Part shown: piece by piece, positions 62,755 through 64,000 of the stretch
Layout: the number at the start of each line of letters is the position of its first letter
Numbering within the stretch: position 1 is the stretch's first letter
Assembly: GCA_035306945.1 (NCBI GenBank)
Contig: DATGNB010000084.1
Coordinates: forward strand, 6,038-70,037
Source of the DNA: Marinobacter sp.
GTDB taxonomy: Bacteria > Pseudomonadota > Gammaproteobacteria > Pseudomonadales > Oleiphilaceae
Direction: 5' to 3'
DNA length: 64,000 nt
Made by a program: the position numbers and the translations under genes
The notes under the pieces: model-generated
Told to the model about the DNA's origin: nothing
The model's input: the letters and a program-made list of their open reading frames with translations, nothing else
Database searches by the model: none

Positions 62755-62880
62755 CTATACGCCGATGCCAGCCCAATAGAGGACCGAGATGGAAAATGCG
62801 TAGATAATGGCACTTGCCATGAGGGCCAGCACGATAAAGCTGACCACCCTCACCGGCGTATACAGTTTGTTGAGCCGCAT
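62755..62880 (-). CDS. 41-aa single-TM protein, first gene of the second nor operon (absent from ORF track)
   Basis: MRLNKLYTPVRVVSFIVLALMASAIIYAFSISVLYWAGIGV; strong AGGGAGG RBS; ends 11 nt before norC2. Confidence 0.75.
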   Translation of the reverse strand: MRLNKLYTPVRVVSFIVLALMASAIIYAFSISVLYWAGIGV

Positions 62881-62906
62881 AGATCCTCCCTGTTAACGAT
62901 TCAGAT

Positions 62907-62948
62907 TAGATACTCCTTTGAATCTAGCAGCTAATTCTTCATCCGCAA
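62907..62948 (-). promoter_or_regulatory. Candidate sigma70 promoter of the nor2 operon with an inverted repeat over the -10
   Basis: TTGCGG-N16-TAGATT (extended TGn -10); dyad TAGATTC-AAAGGA-GTATCTA (62907-62926). Confidence 0.5.
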
Positions 62949-62966
62949 GGTGCGACGGACATTCTC

Positions 62967-63740
62967 TCATTCACGGACTTCGATGCCCTGAGCTTTCATA
63001 AACGCCTTGGCTTCGGGAATGGTGTGCTGGCCGAAATGGAAGATGGAGGCCGCCAGTACCGCATCGGCACCCCCTTTGGTGACGCCGTCAGCCAGATGCT
63101 GAAGCTCGCCCACACCGCCGGACGCGATCACCGGAACCGTTACCGCATCACTCACCGCTCGGGTCAGGCCAAGGTCAAAACCGATCTTCGTGCCATCCCG
63201 GTCCATGCTGGTCAGCAGCAGTTCGCCGGCTCCGAGCTCGACCATTTTCCGGGCCCATTCCACCGCGTCCAGGCCCGTTGCCTTACGACCGCCATGGGTA
63301 AAGATTTCCCAGCGGGGCTCTTCACCCTCAGCACTAACCTGCTTGGCATCAATGGCAACCACAATGCACTGGCTGCCAAAACGGTCGGCAGCCTCCCGCA
63401 CAAACTCCGGATTGAACACAGCCGCAGTATTGATCGAGACCTTGTCGGCGCCGGCATTGAGCAGTTTCCGGATGTCATCCACAGTACGTACGCCACCGCC
63501 AACCGTCAGCGGGATGAAGACTTCTGCCGCCATCCGTTCTACGGTTTCGTATGTGGTCTCGCGGCTTTCGTGGCTGGCGGTAATATCGAGAAAGGTAATC
63601 TCGTCTGCACCCTGCTCGTTGTACCGACGGGCAACCTCTACCGGATCACCGGCATCCCGGATGCCAACAAAGTTAACACCTTTGACCACCCGGCCTTTAT
63701 CCACGTCCAGGCAGGGAATAATGCGTTTTGCCAATCCCAT
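62967..63740 (-). CDS. hisF: Imidazole glycerol phosphate synthase cyclase subunit
   Basis: [39 protein letters not shown]. Confidence 0.97.
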   Translation of the reverse strand: MGLAKRIIPCLDVDKGRVVKGVNFVGIRDAGDPVEVARRYNEQGADEITFLDITASHESRETTYETVERMAAEVFIPLTVGGGVRTVDDIRKLLNAGADKVSINTAAVFNPEFVREAADRFGSQCIVVAIDAKQVSAEGEEPRWEIFTHGGRKATGLDAVEWARKMVELGAGELLLTSMDRDGTKIGFDLGLTRAVSDAVTVPVIASGGVGELQHLADGVTKGGADAVLAASIFHFGQHTIPEAKAFMKAQGIEVRE

Positions 63741-63745
63741 GGTCG

Positions 63746-64000
63746 TTATCCTCCGCTCCTGAGCGTGTCGCAATAGGCCTGCGCTTCAGCCACATCAAGC
63801 GTGCCTTCGTATATCGCCCGGCCGGTAATGGCCCCGATCACGCCCTTGTCGGCAACCTTAGCCAGACGCCTGAGGTCGTCCATGTTGGTCACGCCACCGG
63901 AGGCGATCACCGGGATACCACCTTCTTCGGCAAGCCTGGCGGTAGCCTCGACATTCACACCCTGCATCATGCCGTCACGGGCAATGTCGGTATAGACAAT
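63746..64000 (-). CDS. hisA: ProFAR isomerase, C-terminal part (truncated by window)
   Basis: [30 protein letters not shown]; upstream of hisF. Confidence 0.93.
   Translation of the reverse strand: MVYTDIARDGMMQGVNVEATARLAEEGGIPVIASGGVTNMDDLRRLAKVADKGVIGAITGRAIYEGTLDVAEAQAYCDTLRSGG

Overview
GC-rich gammaproteobacterial chromosomal window; gene content and style suggest a Marinobacter-like halophilic denitrifier (inference). The left half (1-34 kb) is an anaerobiosis/denitrification region: narX'-narL, ubiT, cysJI, ubiUV, a Na+/solute symporter with a small partner ORF, hemN, a canonical cNOR cluster (norCBDEF plus convergent norQ), narK2-narK1, two nnrS genes, fabAB and trhP. Seven FNR/DNR-type boxes there sit at class II spacing from plausible -10 elements. 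The middle holds sufBCDS-sufA-sufT-sufE behind an IscR type-1 site, then cca, folM, a thiolase and trmL. A Fur-controlled heme-uptake operon with a tandem HmuY-like lipoprotein follows, then the conserved secB-yibN/gpmI-envC-ctpA-yibQ block. The most notable feature lies between yibQ and hisF: a second, strongly divergent NO-reductase-like operon (unannotated 41-aa membrane ORF, di-heme NorC, NorB, NorQ, NorD). Its NorB/NorC keep all six His ligands and the FeB Glu. They have jointly lost the Ca2+-binding Glu, an active-site Glu and three of the four residues usually cited for the periplasmic proton pathway. Its promoter carries an unknown inverted repeat instead of an FNR box. Other oddities: twin 28-bp FabR-type operators at trhA and an HTH-only AraC gene, a tandem HAD protein with DxH in both active sites, a periplasmic SBP-Cache fusion, and a structured 340-nt symporter leader. 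No tRNA, rRNA, CRISPR array or transposase was seen. All calls come from reading motifs by eye; no searches were run.
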